Source: Elusimicrobiota bacterium (GTDB taxonomy: Bacteria > RUG730 > JBDRED01). From it: a stretch of DNA of 64,000 bases. Location: assembly GCA_043820025.1 (NCBI GenBank), contig JBDRED010000021.1, positions 14,902 through 78,901 on the forward strand, read 5' to 3'. Positions 9,217 through 19,768 of the stretch are shown here, one piece after another. The translations under genes were made by a program, and so were the position numbers. Position 1 is the stretch's first letter, and each line of letters opens with the position of its first letter. The notes beneath the pieces were generated by a model. The model saw nothing but the letters and a program-made list of their open reading frames with translations, was not told the DNA's origin and did no database searches.

Positions 9217-9298
9217 CTCTTCATCTCTTTCCTCTCTCTTTCTTTCCTCTCCCCTATGGGGAGAGGATTAAGGTGAGGGGGCTTCATCTCTTCTTTTG
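9217..9298 (+). repeat. Direct repeat of the polypyrimidine+core+tail unit (copy C, core 9246..9281)
   Basis: ctcttcatctctttcctctctctttctttcctctcccctatggggagaggattaaggtgagggggcttcatctcttcttttg nearly identical to 8720..8817. Confidence 0.8.
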
Positions 9299-9311
9299 TA
9301 GAGAAAACTCT

Positions 9312-10187
9312 TTACCTAACATACGCTTCTGCAACCTTTTTTGCCATATTACGAACGCGCGCGATAAAATGTGTGCGCTCAGTTACGCTTATCACTCCTC
9401 TTGCCTGAAGCATATTAAACAAGTGCGACGCTTTTAAAACATAATCATACGCAGGGCCTATAAGGTTTTTTTCAATCAGCCTCAATGCTTCTTTTTCAGA
9501 AGAATCAAACGATATTCTTAAAAATGCGGTATCAGCCTCTTCAAAATTATATTTTGAGAAATCTTTTTCATCTCTTAAATGAACATCGCCATAAGTAAGC
9601 GGATATTTTTTACCATCAATATTCTGCGTTGTCCATAAAATATCAAATACGCTGTCTTTATTCTGCCTATACATCGCTATTCGCTCAAGCCCATATGTAA
9701 TTTCAACAGTGATTGGATCCAGTTCAATGCCGCCCATCTGCTGAAAATATGTAAACTGCGTGATTTCCATGCCATCCAGCCATACCTCCCAGCCAAGCCC
9801 CCAGGCTCCAAGCGTAGGAGATTCCCAATCATCCTCAACAAACCTTACATCATGTTTTTTTAGGTCTATGCCTATACTCTCAAGGCTCTGCAAATACAAT
9901 GATTGAATATCCTTTGGCGCAGGTTTTATCACAACCTGATATTGATAATAATGCTGAAGCCTGTTTGGATTTTCTCCATATCTTCCGTCAGTAGGCCTGC
10001 GCGACGGTTCAACATAAGCCGCTGCCCACGGCGCAGGGCCCAAGCATCGAAAAAATGTGGCAGGATTAAATGTGCCTGCGCCCTTTTCAATGTCATACGG
10101 CTGCATTATTGCGCATCCTTTTTTCGCCCAGTATTTTTCTAAACTTAAAATCATATCTTGAAATGTCATAATTCTCCTTTTTATCAT
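9312..10187 (-). CDS. glyQ: Glycyl-tRNA synthetase alpha subunit
   Basis: [45 protein letters not shown]...[10 protein letters not shown] is a strong GlyQ match; real start probably MTFQD at ~10169. Confidence 0.9.
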   Translation of the reverse strand: MIKRRIMTFQDMILSLEKYWAKKGCAIMQPYDIEKGAGTFNPATFFRCLGPAPWAAAYVEPSRRPTDGRYGENPNRLQHYYQYQVVIKPAPKDIQSLYLQSLESIGIDLKKHDVRFVEDDWESPTLGAWGLGWEVWLDGMEITQFTYFQQMGGIELDPITVEITYGLERIAMYRQNKDSVFDILWTTQNIDGKKYPLTYGDVHLRDEKDFSKYNFEEADTAFLRISFDSSEKEALRLIEKNLIGPAYDYVLKASHLFNMLQARGVISVTERTHFIARVRNMAKKVAEAYVR

Positions 10188-10245
10188 ATGGGACAGTCCC
10201 TATACAGTGACAGTCGCCCGCGCTTAGTTTTTCGATCTTACGCGC

Positions 10246-11007
10246 TTAAAATATATTTGCTTTTAATTTTTTCTCAATATAATATTCCATAGTTTTTTTT
10301 GTTAAACACATTGTGTCATTAAAACATTTTTTTGAGCATTCTGCCAAACACTTTTTTATGCTGTCAAATGATCCGCTTTCAACAATACTATTTACGCAAT
10401 CAACCGCTTCTCTTCCAATGCTCAGTTCATTCCTGTTTCCCATCCGGCTTAAACAAGAAAAGCATATTATCCCGCCCGCATGCGGCGAAACAAATATTTT
10501 TTCCGCGTCATTTGTCAGCTGTTTTTTACATTGGGTGCATTCGTCCAACTCAAATGAATATCCCAATAGATGCAAAAATTTAAACCAAAACCAAATCACT
10601 ATTTTCTCAGGATCACCGGAATCTGAAATACCTGTCAATGTATCCTTAATTAAATCAAAAAGTCCGCCATCCTCATTGCTCGCATCATGAATCATATTAT
10701 TAATAATTTCAATTACCATTGACGCAGCCATGAATCTGTCAATATCTTTACGAATATTATATAAAGAATTTTCAAGCTTAGCGCCGGTCAAAATATGATT
10801 ATGCCCAAACGACGGCCTATAAAGCGTAACTTCGTGAATAGAAAACAGATCCAGATTAGAACCATACTTATGCGATGTTTTATTTATTCCTTTTACAACA
10901 CACCTTGTTCTGCCTAAACTTTTTGTAAAAAGGTGCACTATTCTATCGCGTTCTTTTACATTGTATGACTTAATAATTATTGCGTTTGTCGATATATATC
11001 TTGACAT
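10246..11007 (-). CDS. recO: DNA repair protein RecO
   Basis: N-terminal OB-fold region (NAIIIKSYNVKERDRIVHLFTKSLGRTRCVVKG) and C-terminal CxxC...CxxC zinc motif (CTQCKK...CFSC). Confidence 0.7.
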   Translation of the reverse strand: MSRYISTNAIIIKSYNVKERDRIVHLFTKSLGRTRCVVKGINKTSHKYGSNLDLFSIHEVTLYRPSFGHNHILTGAKLENSLYNIRKDIDRFMAASMVIEIINNMIHDASNEDGGLFDLIKDTLTGISDSGDPEKIVIWFWFKFLHLLGYSFELDECTQCKKQLTNDAEKIFVSPHAGGIICFSCLSRMGNRNELSIGREAVDCVNSIVESGSFDSIKKCLAECSKKCFNDTMCLTKKTMEYYIEKKLKANIF

Positions 11008-11029
11008 TCCCCTTCCCCCCGCATAAGCT

Positions 11030-11065
11030 GAACCAAGCCGGCCCCTTTCCCCGCAAGGGAGAGGG
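11030..11065. repeat. Degenerate 4th copy of REP-like palindromic element
   Basis: ccctttccccgcaagggagaggg resembles ccctctccccacaggggagaggg. Confidence 0.45.
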
Positions 11066-11071
11066 AATTTT

Positions 11072-12343
11072 TTATGATTTATAAATTATTACTTCCTTGA
11101 TCACTCGTTTCTCTATCTTTTTTACTACAAATGTGACATTGTCTTTGCGCACGCACTCATTTATTCTAGGTATGCGGCCGACTAAAAACATAATGTAGGC
11201 GGAAAGCGTACGCACACCGGCAGGAGCGTCATCCTCGAGGCCAAGCTTAAGATTTTTATCCAACACATCAAGCTCTATCTCAGGATCAACTAAAAATCTT
11301 CCATTTTCTATAGGTTTAATTGACTCCTCTTCGGAATCGTACTCATCCAATATATCTCCAACTATCTCCTCGATAACATCCTCTATTGTGACAAGCCCTA
11401 ACACAGCGCCATATTCATCCACAACAATCGCCATATGATGATGGCCCGTCTTAAACTCGCGTAACAGTTCGTGTAATTTTTTTGTTGGCGGAATAAAATA
11501 GGCAGGCCGTATAAGATCCTCTAATATTAAAAGATCCTTGTTTTCCCAGGCAAGAAGCAGATCTTTAGAATAAAGCACGCCAATAATATTATCGATATTA
11601 TCACTATACACCGGCACGCGCGAATGTTTCAGTTTAATAACCTTTTTTACAATTGCCTCAAGTCCGTCTTTGTCATTCACACAATCCATCTTTGCCCGCG
11701 CAAGCATTACATCCTCAGCCGTAAGCTCGCCAAAACTAATTAGGCCTTCTAATGCGCTCTTTTCATACTCTTTAATCGTGCCGTCAGACTCGCCTATCTC
11801 AAGCATTTCCTGCATATCATGATCCGTAACCTTTGCTTCTTCCGCGTCAATATCAACTCCAAGTATCATAGACGTCCAAAATGTGAATCTGCTTAGTATT
11901 TTATTAAACGGCCATACAATTTTTTCAAATATTTTTAGCGGCCGGGCTACCAGCGAAATATACTGCCACGCATGCATGCGCGCAATAATTTTTGGAAGCA
12001 CCTCCCCAAAAACCAGAACCAGTATTGTCAGCAAAACGCCGCAGATGATTGTAGAATATGATTCCGGCAAATGATATATCTTTGCCACATCATACGAGGC
12101 GTTAGTAGTTAAAACAGACATAAACATTGCCATCAAATTGTTTCCTATTAAGAGAGCATTTAACATACGCCAAGGAAATTTATGCCAGAGACTTATAATA
12201 AAATTACCGGAATCTGTAAGGTCGCCGGGCTTATGCGCTGTATCATACTGCAAAGACGCAATAGCAGTTTCTCCTCCTGAAAATACGGCGCTAAATCCAA
12301 GCGCTATTATTATTAATAATAATTTTGTTACTAATACAAACAT
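11072..12343 (-). CDS. CNNM/DUF21 + CBS pair + CorC_HlyC transporter-associated domain protein (hemolysin/TlyC family)
   Basis: N-terminal multi-TM DUF21 region, CBS region, C-terminal CorC_HlyC-like tail. Confidence 0.8.
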   Translation of the reverse strand: MFVLVTKLLLIIIALGFSAVFSGGETAIASLQYDTAHKPGDLTDSGNFIISLWHKFPWRMLNALLIGNNLMAMFMSVLTTNASYDVAKIYHLPESYSTIICGVLLTILVLVFGEVLPKIIARMHAWQYISLVARPLKIFEKIVWPFNKILSRFTFWTSMILGVDIDAEEAKVTDHDMQEMLEIGESDGTIKEYEKSALEGLISFGELTAEDVMLARAKMDCVNDKDGLEAIVKKVIKLKHSRVPVYSDNIDNIIGVLYSKDLLLAWENKDLLILEDLIRPAYFIPPTKKLHELLREFKTGHHHMAIVVDEYGAVLGLVTIEDVIEEIVGDILDEYDSEEESIKPIENGRFLVDPEIELDVLDKNLKLGLEDDAPAGVRTLSAYIMFLVGRIPRINECVRKDNVTFVVKKIEKRVIKEVIIYKS

Positions 12344-12385
12344 TAATGCCCCTGACTATTTATAAATAAAAAAATCAAATATTTT

Positions 12386-13465
12386 TTACTTCAAATCATA
12401 TTCATCTAATATCTCGCCTGTAATCTCCTCTAATATATCCTCCATGGTTACCAGCCCTATTGTTTTCCCGCCATCTTTTACTATGAGCATATGCACACGT
12501 TTCTTTTTCATAATATCAAACACACTGCTTAGGCTGTCCTGCGGCGAAACAGTTATAGGCTGCCGTAAAAATTTATTTGTATCAAAATCCTTATCATACG
12601 GCCATACCGACAATATATCCTTTGCGTACAATATTCCTATAATATTATCCAAACTGCCTTTGTATACTGGCGCTCTCGATCTTCCCAGCGCAATCATTCT
12701 CTCCTGTATCCCGGGGGATTTTTCAATATCAATAGACTCAATTGATTCTTTTGGAGTCATTATCTGTCCTATTTTCTTATCCTTCATTTCGAGAAAAGCA
12801 TGTATCATCTGCTCAAGATCTCCTCGTATTATGCCCTGTTTTCTAGCTCGTATAATAAATTGATGAAGGTCACTGCGCGTAAACTTACTTATCTCCTCAT
12901 GCCTTTCTCCCTTAAACCTTCGTTCAATCATTGACACTAGATTAATTATTGGACTAATAATTGTAAGAAAGGATAAAAGAGGCCGGTATATTAAATGAAT
13001 TAACCGTTTTGCGCGCGTCTTGCCGATATTTTTTGGCAGTACTTCGCCAAAAACCAGCAAAAGAATTGACGCTGATACGAATGAGGCTGCGCTTGCGCTT
13101 GTTATTGTTAATCCGAATCGCAAAGCGTATCTAATAAAGAAATATGTATAGCCAATACCAAATCCAATATTTACAACATTATTCCCAATAAGTATGCCTG
13201 TGATAAACCAAGAAGGATTTTCTACCCACTGCGCCAGCTTTTTATACTTTGCTGTTTTCATTAGCTTTCGTATTTCGAATTTTGACAGGCTTAAAAGCAC
13301 CATCTCACTGCACGAAAAAAACGCTGATAATAATAAGAAAAAAACAATTAACGAAAAAATATTATCCTCCCCGAAAAATTTCCGTATCTCAGCGGGGACA
13401 GTCCCAGCGCCTGACTTTTTCGATCTAATTAATCCCGGTACTGCGAAGTATCTTTTTTTCTTCAC
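12386..13465 (-). CDS. Second DUF21-CBS-CorC_HlyC family protein
   Basis: Same architecture as the upstream paralogue; track N-terminus overlaps ybeY so real start is probably internal. Confidence 0.75.
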   Translation of the reverse strand: MKKKRYFAVPGLIRSKKSGAGTVPAEIRKFFGEDNIFSLIVFFLLLSAFFSCSEMVLLSLSKFEIRKLMKTAKYKKLAQWVENPSWFITGILIGNNVVNIGFGIGYTYFFIRYALRFGLTITSASAASFVSASILLLVFGEVLPKNIGKTRAKRLIHLIYRPLLSFLTIISPIINLVSMIERRFKGERHEEISKFTRSDLHQFIIRARKQGIIRGDLEQMIHAFLEMKDKKIGQIMTPKESIESIDIEKSPGIQERMIALGRSRAPVYKGSLDNIIGILYAKDILSVWPYDKDFDTNKFLRQPITVSPQDSLSSVFDIMKKKRVHMLIVKDGGKTIGLVTMEDILEEITGEILDEYDLK

Positions 13466-13925
13466 GCCTCATTACACGCTTATTTTCAACAGTATCATCT
13501 TTATACCCAATAAGATGAAGCAGGCCATGCGCCAACAAAAGTGCGAGTTCTTTTCTTATACCGGTTTTAAACTCCCTGCTCTGTTTTTTTGCAACTTCTG
13601 CGCATATAAATATCTCGCCGAATATACACGGCGCTGTCAAATCATATCCCGCATTATCCGTATTTATTGGCACAGAAATAACATCTGTCGGCTGACTCTT
13701 AGAAAACAAGATTCTATTAAGCTGAATAATTCTGCTAATAGAAACAAATGAAATGTATAATTCGCGATTTGTAATTTGTTTATTCTCAATCCGCGAATAA
13801 ACAAATTTTTCTACCAGGCGTGTATAGTAAACTTTATTGATCGCTGTCTGCCTCTGGCGATTATAAATTTTTATCTTCATTTTTAATCGGCTCCGGATAT
13901 TCCACTCTGTTATGATATATTCCAA
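13425..13925 (-). CDS. ybeY: Endoribonuclease YbeY (rRNA maturation)
   Basis: C-terminal HGLLHLIGYKDD matches the YbeY H..H..GYDH zinc motif; ~166 aa. Confidence 0.8.
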   Translation of the reverse strand: MEYIITEWNIRSRLKMKIKIYNRQRQTAINKVYYTRLVEKFVYSRIENKQITNRELYISFVSISRIIQLNRILFSKSQPTDVISVPINTDNAGYDLTAPCIFGEIFICAEVAKKQSREFKTGIRKELALLLAHGLLHLIGYKDDTVENKRVMRREEKKILRSTGIN

Positions 13926-15354
13926 CTAATGTTTTTACAAAACTATCCGCAATGATATGCAGATCCTTTAGAGTTATATCGCATTCGTCGAGCTGTCCGT
14001 CTACAAACTTATTATTAACAATCTTTCCGACTATATCTTGTATTTTTGCATGGCTGAATTCATCGCCGCTTCGCACAGCCGCCTCAGCGCTGTCAGCCAG
14101 CATAATAATCCCCGCTTCTTTTGTGTTTGGTTTTGGCCCGGGATATCTGTACTTCTCTTCATTTACTTCTTCCTTACTCTCTTTCATTGCCTTATGATAA
14201 AAATATTGTATCAGGCTTGTGCCATGATGCTGTTCGATAATATCTATAATAGCTTTATCAAGTTTATATTTTTTAGCTAAGCTTACTCCATCTTTAACAT
14301 GCGCGGATAATATTAAACTGCTCAAATTCGGAGAAAGCTCATCATGCCTGCTAATAAGCTCAAGCGGCTGGTTCTCAATAAAATATTCAGACTTTTCAAT
14401 CTTTCCTATATCATGATAATAAGCGCCTACGCGCACAAGCATTGGATTAGCGCCTATCAATCTCGCGGCCTGCTCGCCCATTGTGCCAACAAGCTGGCTG
14501 TGATGATATGTGCCCGGAGCCTCGAGCATCATCCTCTTTAAAAGAGGCTGCGTAAAATCCGCAAGCTCTAAAAGCCTTATATTTGTAGTTATACTAAATA
14601 AACTCTCTAAAAATGGCAATACGCCTACAGCAATCATAGACGAAATGATCCCATTGAAGACTCCGCCGATAATATCATTAAATACCTTCTGCGGTAAAAA
14701 TATCTTGCTCATAAATGCCAAAAATAAAATTGAAATCAAATTCATAAAACTTACATATAATCCGGCTTTAGCAATATCACGCCTATGATAAACCTGAATC
14801 GTCCCGACTATAGCGGCAAGCGACGCAAAAAAGACAGTAAAGAAGAGAGCGAAGTTTTTACTATACAGGAAAGTTAAAATAAAAATATTAATCATTGCAA
14901 CTATAAAAGCCGGTAACGGGCCCAGCAGGATTGTTATAAGCATTGTGCCTGCAGGCAGCGGCGTTATCAGTGGCGGCAGATTATGGTTTTTAACTACGAG
15001 AATCAACAATGTTGAAACTAAAAGTATAAGGCCTATTAATGTGATTGAATCATCACAATGAAGAAGCTTAGGAACATATTTTTTTAAAAAATAAATAGCA
15101 AAAAACGTGCATAACGTAAGCAGTAATGAAACAGCAATAATAAGCTCATAATTTGACATAAGCTCTAGAATGAGCACTCCAAAGAAAAGCAAATAAATAA
15201 CTGTCGCAACAAACCATATTGGAATATGTATCTCGCGATGAAATATGCTCACATCCTTACGCACAGCTTTTTTCCGCGCTCTGCCGAGCTTATGCAGAAA
15301 TAATATAAGCATTTTTCTTATAAAATATTTCACATTGCTATTTATCATAAACAC
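13861..15354 (-). CDS. 7TM receptor with intracellular HD (HDIG) hydrolase domain (PgpH/YqfF-like)
   Basis: N-terminal multi-TM, C-terminal GAYYHDIGKI HD motif; classic neighbour of ybeY. Confidence 0.8.
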   Translation of the reverse strand: MFMINSNVKYFIRKMLILFLHKLGRARKKAVRKDVSIFHREIHIPIWFVATVIYLLFFGVLILELMSNYELIIAVSLLLTLCTFFAIYFLKKYVPKLLHCDDSITLIGLILLVSTLLILVVKNHNLPPLITPLPAGTMLITILLGPLPAFIVAMINIFILTFLYSKNFALFFTVFFASLAAIVGTIQVYHRRDIAKAGLYVSFMNLISILFLAFMSKIFLPQKVFNDIIGGVFNGIISSMIAVGVLPFLESLFSITTNIRLLELADFTQPLLKRMMLEAPGTYHHSQLVGTMGEQAARLIGANPMLVRVGAYYHDIGKIEKSEYFIENQPLELISRHDELSPNLSSLILSAHVKDGVSLAKKYKLDKAIIDIIEQHHGTSLIQYFYHKAMKESKEEVNEEKYRYPGPKPNTKEAGIIMLADSAEAAVRSGDEFSHAKIQDIVGKIVNNKFVDGQLDECDITLKDLHIIADSFVKTLVGIYHNRVEYPEPIKNEDKNL

Positions 15355-15469
15355 ACCTTATTATGCTCACCGCGCCGCTTAAGACTCCCGCGCTATTGCT
15401 TAACATGCCTGTTTTGAACGCGGCACTATTTTTTTATATCTATATGTTGTAAAAACAGCCGGATAGCCG

Positions 15470-17258
15470 CTAAATGTTACTATCTTTTGCATTGACTGTC
15501 CTCAACTTTATCCCTAATTCAATAAGCTGTTTCTCATCAACACCTGAAGGCGCATTGGTTAATAAGCACGCTGCTTTTTGCGTTTTGGGAAACGCTATAA
15601 CATCTCGAATAGATTCCTTCTTTGCAAATATCATAATTAATCTATCGAGCCCTAAAGCAAGCCCTCCGTGAGGAGGCGCCCCATACTCTAAAGCGTCTAA
15701 CAAAAACCCGAACTTTGTTTTTGCTTCTTCATCAGAAATATTTATCAGTTCAAACACCTTCTTCTGAATATCCTTTTGATGAATACGAATACTGCCGCCG
15801 CCAATTTCAACGCCATTTACAACAACGTCATAAGCCCTGGACATTATCTTTGACGGATCTTGATTTAATTCATTAATATCTTTAATATCAGGAGCGGTAA
15901 ACGGATGATGAATAGCTTCAAAACGTTTTTCATCCTTATTGTATTCGAAAAGCGGGAAGCTATAGACCCAAACAAAGCTATAAACATTCTTTGGAATCAT
16001 CTCCAGCCTGCGCGCTAAAATAATTCTGAGCTGGCCTAAAACCTTTTGAGCTATCTTTGTTTCGTCGCTCACAATGAGCATTAAATCGCCCTTTTCTAAT
16101 TCAAGCGCTTTTATAATATTTTCAGTAGTAACTTCATCCATAAATTTAGAAACAGGAGATTCCAACCCTTTATCAGTATACTTTCCCCATACCAGCCCTT
16201 TTGCGCCCAGTTCCTTTGCTTTATCTGTAAGCTCATCCAGATCCTTTCTGGAAAATGAACCTGCCTTAGGCGCGCGCAATCCAATAACCTTTCCTCCTGA
16301 TTCTATTACAGACTTAAACACCTTAAATTCAGTATTTGCAAATACTGAAGATACATCATTTAAAAGCATTTCATAACGCGTGTCAGGCGCATCGCTTCCA
16401 TACAAACTCATAGCCTTTTCATAAGTCATTCTGGGAAAGGGTGTAGTAATATTTAAACCAAAAACAGCCAATGCTTCCTTTAACATTCCTTCAATAAGCT
16501 CATATATATCCTCTTCATGAATGAATGACATCTCAAGATCTATCTGTGTGAATTCGGGCTGTCTATCCGCGCGCAGGTCTTCGTCTCTAAAACATTTTGC
16601 TATTTGATAATATCTATCAAAACCCGCAACCATTAAAAGCTGTTTAAATAATTGCGGTGATTGGGGCAAAGCGAAAAAACTGCCGTTAGATACCCTGCTT
16701 GGCACCAAGTAATCACGCGCTCCCTCAGGGGTTGATTTTGTTAGTATTGGCGTTTCTATCTCAACAAAACTGCGCTCGCTAAAAAAACTGCGCACCTTTT
16801 GAAGAAACTGACTGCGATATCTAAAGACTTTTTGCATTTCCGGATTTCTCAAATCAAGATACCTGTATTTCAATCTGACATCCTCTGCTACTCCCATTGA
16901 TTCTTCTATATCAAATATACATGGCTTAGCCTGGTTTAAAACCTCTATATTAGTTAAAATTACCTCTATTTTACCTGTAGGCAAATCCTTATTTACAGTT
17001 CCCTCGGGCCGCATAGCAACCTTTCCTGTTATATTTAAAACAGTCTCAGGCTTTACATTATGTTTTACTATCTCATCAAGGGTTGAACTTGCGATTTCTT
17101 CAGGCCTGTATACAACCTGGACCAATCCTGAATAGTCTCTAAGGTCAAAAAAAAACAACACCGCCATGGTCCCTTCTGCTGTTAACCCAGCCCGCGATCT
17201 TGATATCTTTACCGCATAATTTTTCTGTTATTTCTCCGCACACATTTGTTCTATACAT
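15470..17258 (-). CDS. aspS: Aspartyl-tRNA synthetase, interrupted by an apparent +1 frameshift in a 9-A homopolymer at ~17147..17155
   Basis: Track ORF starts [14 protein letters not shown]; upstream in another frame [37 protein letters not shown] completes the AspS N-terminal anticodon-binding domain (cf. E. coli MRTEYCGQLR...[23 protein letters not shown]). Frames join only if the A9 run is A8. Confidence 0.85.
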
Positions 17259-17413
17259 TGTTTTTCCTTTCAATTTTTTTAATTGCCGCATACATTAATA
17301 TATGCATAAATAATAGCCTAATTTATATGCAAAGTCAATATAGACAAGCAGTTATTAGCGTTAAGTTGCGGAATTGTTATTTAACACTTAAAACTTAGCG
17401 CTTAACACTATTC

Positions 17414-17968
17414 TTATTCCTGAACGCCTTTAATAGATGTTCTTAAATAATCAAAGCCGGAAAGAATTGTTACCAGGCCTGTTAAATAATATAAATAAAT
17501 CAGATATTGTTCAATTGGAATGTATCCTTTTACTAGAATACATAGTACTGTAAGCATCTGCATAAATGTGGTAGATTTCCCAAGCGCGCTTGGACTTACC
17601 TTAGTTATGTTAAACACCAAATATAAAAAAAGCCACCCGTGAACTATCAAAATATCACGCATTAAAATTACTATAGTCAGCCACCACGGAATAACGCCTT
17701 TTATCGCGTAAATCATAAAAGCGCTTATCAAAAGAAGTTTATCTCCGGCAGGGTCAAGAAATGTGCCAAGCCTTGTCTTGCTTTTTGAAAGGCGCGCTAC
17801 TAATCCGTCAAGAGCGTCGCTTATCATGCACAAACTAAATATTCCAAGCGGGATATGTTTAACATTATAGACAACGGTTATAATAAAGGCCGGGACAAAG
17901 AGTATTCTTGCAAATGATATTTTATTCGGCAAGTTCATAATTTTACCTCTAAACCGCAAAACCACCAT
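17414..17968 (-). CDS. CDP-alcohol phosphatidyltransferase family protein (PgsA-like)
   Basis: DALDGLVARLSKSKTRLGTFLDPAGDKLL matches the D-x2-D-G-x2-AR...G-x3-D-x3-D motif; likely start MNLPNK at ~17938. Confidence 0.75.
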   Translation of the reverse strand: MVVLRFRGKIMNLPNKISFARILFVPAFIITVVYNVKHIPLGIFSLCMISDALDGLVARLSKSKTRLGTFLDPAGDKLLLISAFMIYAIKGVIPWWLTIVILMRDILIVHGWLFLYLVFNITKVSPSALGKSTTFMQMLTVLCILVKGYIPIEQYLIYLYYLTGLVTILSGFDYLRTSIKGVQE

Positions 17969-19728
17969 GCTCCGGGCATTGGAACTCCAAGTATTTCTTC
18001 ATAATATTCGCTAAATATATTTTTTCCCTTAACAAAAGCAGTTAAATCGCCAAAGTTTCTTGAAAACCTTACGTCAACATACCCGTATTCTTTGTAATTT
18101 ACCCTATCGTTATATGTGATTGTGAACGCGCTAAGAACATTATAAATCTTGGGCAGAGTAATATCAAATACTAAATTATTTCTAACATAATTAAGTCTGT
18201 ACTTTGAGACATAGTCATTTGCGACTGCGGCATATAAATCAATATAAATATAATTTAACTTAGTTTCACAGCTAAGCGCCTTTATGGTAGTATTAAATTC
18301 GAAACCTCTAACCCGGGCTAAATGGATATTACCCGCTATCCACTTATTATTTTTTAAGTAATAATCAATTACATCAGTTTCATCTCTGGCAAATATATTA
18401 GCCTCCCATATCAGTCCCAAATTATGAACAACGCCTGCCTCATATGTCCATGCTGTTTCGGGTTTTAAATCTAATGTGCCGACATTCGCAGGGCTTAAAT
18501 AATACCTGTCTGTAAAGCTCGGATAACTATGGCCTCTTGAAACAGACGCGCGCCATTTAAGCTCATCAGTCAGATCTCCGCCAAATCCCATATGCGGCAA
18601 AAGAATATTACCGTGCTGATCATTATACTCGTCACGTAGTCCGCACATAACCATTAGACTATTAAACTCTCCTTCATAACCGGCATAGCCTGCTGTGATG
18701 GTTTCTTGATATTCCCCGTTTATAGAGCTATCAAGATCATTCTGCGAAGCGCTGACATTCATACGCAGCGCGCCATTGTCAAGATCTCCGGATAGGCCTA
18801 TATCGCAGCCATAAGCGATTGATTCGGTTTCATTTATATATAATGCCGGATTATCGACAGTTAAAGTAAATTCATCATTATGTTCCTTAAAGAATATTTT
18901 AGGTATTAGCGTTGTTTTATTGTTTATGTAATGTTCTGACTGAATTGTTATAAAACTCTGCTGAAGTTTTTCATGAGAAGGATACGCGCCATAAAAACCG
19001 TTTGCGCCAAAATCTTTTTGATTATATCCCGCAATAAGGCTGAGTTTTGCGTTATTCAAAGAATGCCTGCTTATAAGCGAAACCCCATTCTCGTCAGACT
19101 GTGTTTCCCGTCTATACCCGGATGATTTTATCTTATTAAATGAAATAATATTATCAGTTCCGTTATAAGTAAGCGGTATTGATGCGTTTACTTCATACAG
19201 ATCATGACTGCCGAACATAATTCCTGCATTGATTTTTTTTTGACTCTCTTTTGTAATAATATTAATAACTCCGGCATACGCTCCGCTCCCATACAGCGAT
19301 GATGACGGCCCATAAACAACCTCAATTCTTTCAATATCATTTATCTGAACAGGGATATCCAAATTATGATGGCCTGTCTGTTTTTCATTTATGCTTATTC
19401 CATCAACCATAATAAGCACATGTTCAAAATAACTGCCTCTAACGCTTATATCCGAACTAATGTTTAGAGCGCCGCGCCTGTTAAAAGTTATAGATGGAAT
19501 TAAACTAAAAGCTTCATCAATTGTTGTGACTAAGTTTTTCTTTAATTCTTCGCCGGATATTACAAATGTCTTCCGGGTGGCTGCGACCGGAGCTGAATGG
19601 AACAGACTGCTTCGCACAGTCATTGTCGCAGAATACACCGAAAAATCTGCAGAATAAACAAAGCGGGATAGAATAATTACTAAAAACATTCCTATCCCAA
19701 ATTTTCTCATAATTACCTCCAAACACAT
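17935..19728 (-). CDS. TonB-dependent outer-membrane receptor (BtuB-size)
   Basis: Signal peptide then plug-domain-like region (VISGEELKK..., IERIEVVYGPSSSLYGSGAYAGVINIITK); ~590 aa beta-barrel-like remainder. Confidence 0.75.
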   Translation of the reverse strand: MCLEVIMRKFGIGMFLVIILSRFVYSADFSVYSATMTVRSSLFHSAPVAATRKTFVISGEELKKNLVTTIDEAFSLIPSITFNRRGALNISSDISVRGSYFEHVLIMVDGISINEKQTGHHNLDIPVQINDIERIEVVYGPSSSLYGSGAYAGVINIITKESQKKINAGIMFGSHDLYEVNASIPLTYNGTDNIISFNKIKSSGYRRETQSDENGVSLISRHSLNNAKLSLIAGYNQKDFGANGFYGAYPSHEKLQQSFITIQSEHYINNKTTLIPKIFFKEHNDEFTLTVDNPALYINETESIAYGCDIGLSGDLDNGALRMNVSASQNDLDSSINGEYQETITAGYAGYEGEFNSLMVMCGLRDEYNDQHGNILLPHMGFGGDLTDELKWRASVSRGHSYPSFTDRYYLSPANVGTLDLKPETAWTYEAGVVHNLGLIWEANIFARDETDVIDYYLKNNKWIAGNIHLARVRGFEFNTTIKALSCETKLNYIYIDLYAAVANDYVSKYRLNYVRNNLVFDITLPKIYNVLSAFTITYNDRVNYKEYGYVDVRFSRNFGDLTAFVKGKNIFSEYYEEILGVPMPGAWWFCGLEVKL

Positions 19729-19768
19729 TTCTCTGTCATTCCTAATAACTTTTTATTAAGCCTATAAA

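Noticed and set aside
17259-17413. Possible T-box leader upstream of aspS
   Set aside because: The intergenic region is only ~155 nt, and I could not find the conserved T-box sequence or a specifier/antiterminator arrangement. Only short TTAGCG-TTAA repeats are present.
19729-19768. Cobalamin riboswitch expected upstream of BtuB-like receptor
   Set aside because: Only ~40 nt separate it from the upstream dus gene, far too short for a B12 riboswitch.
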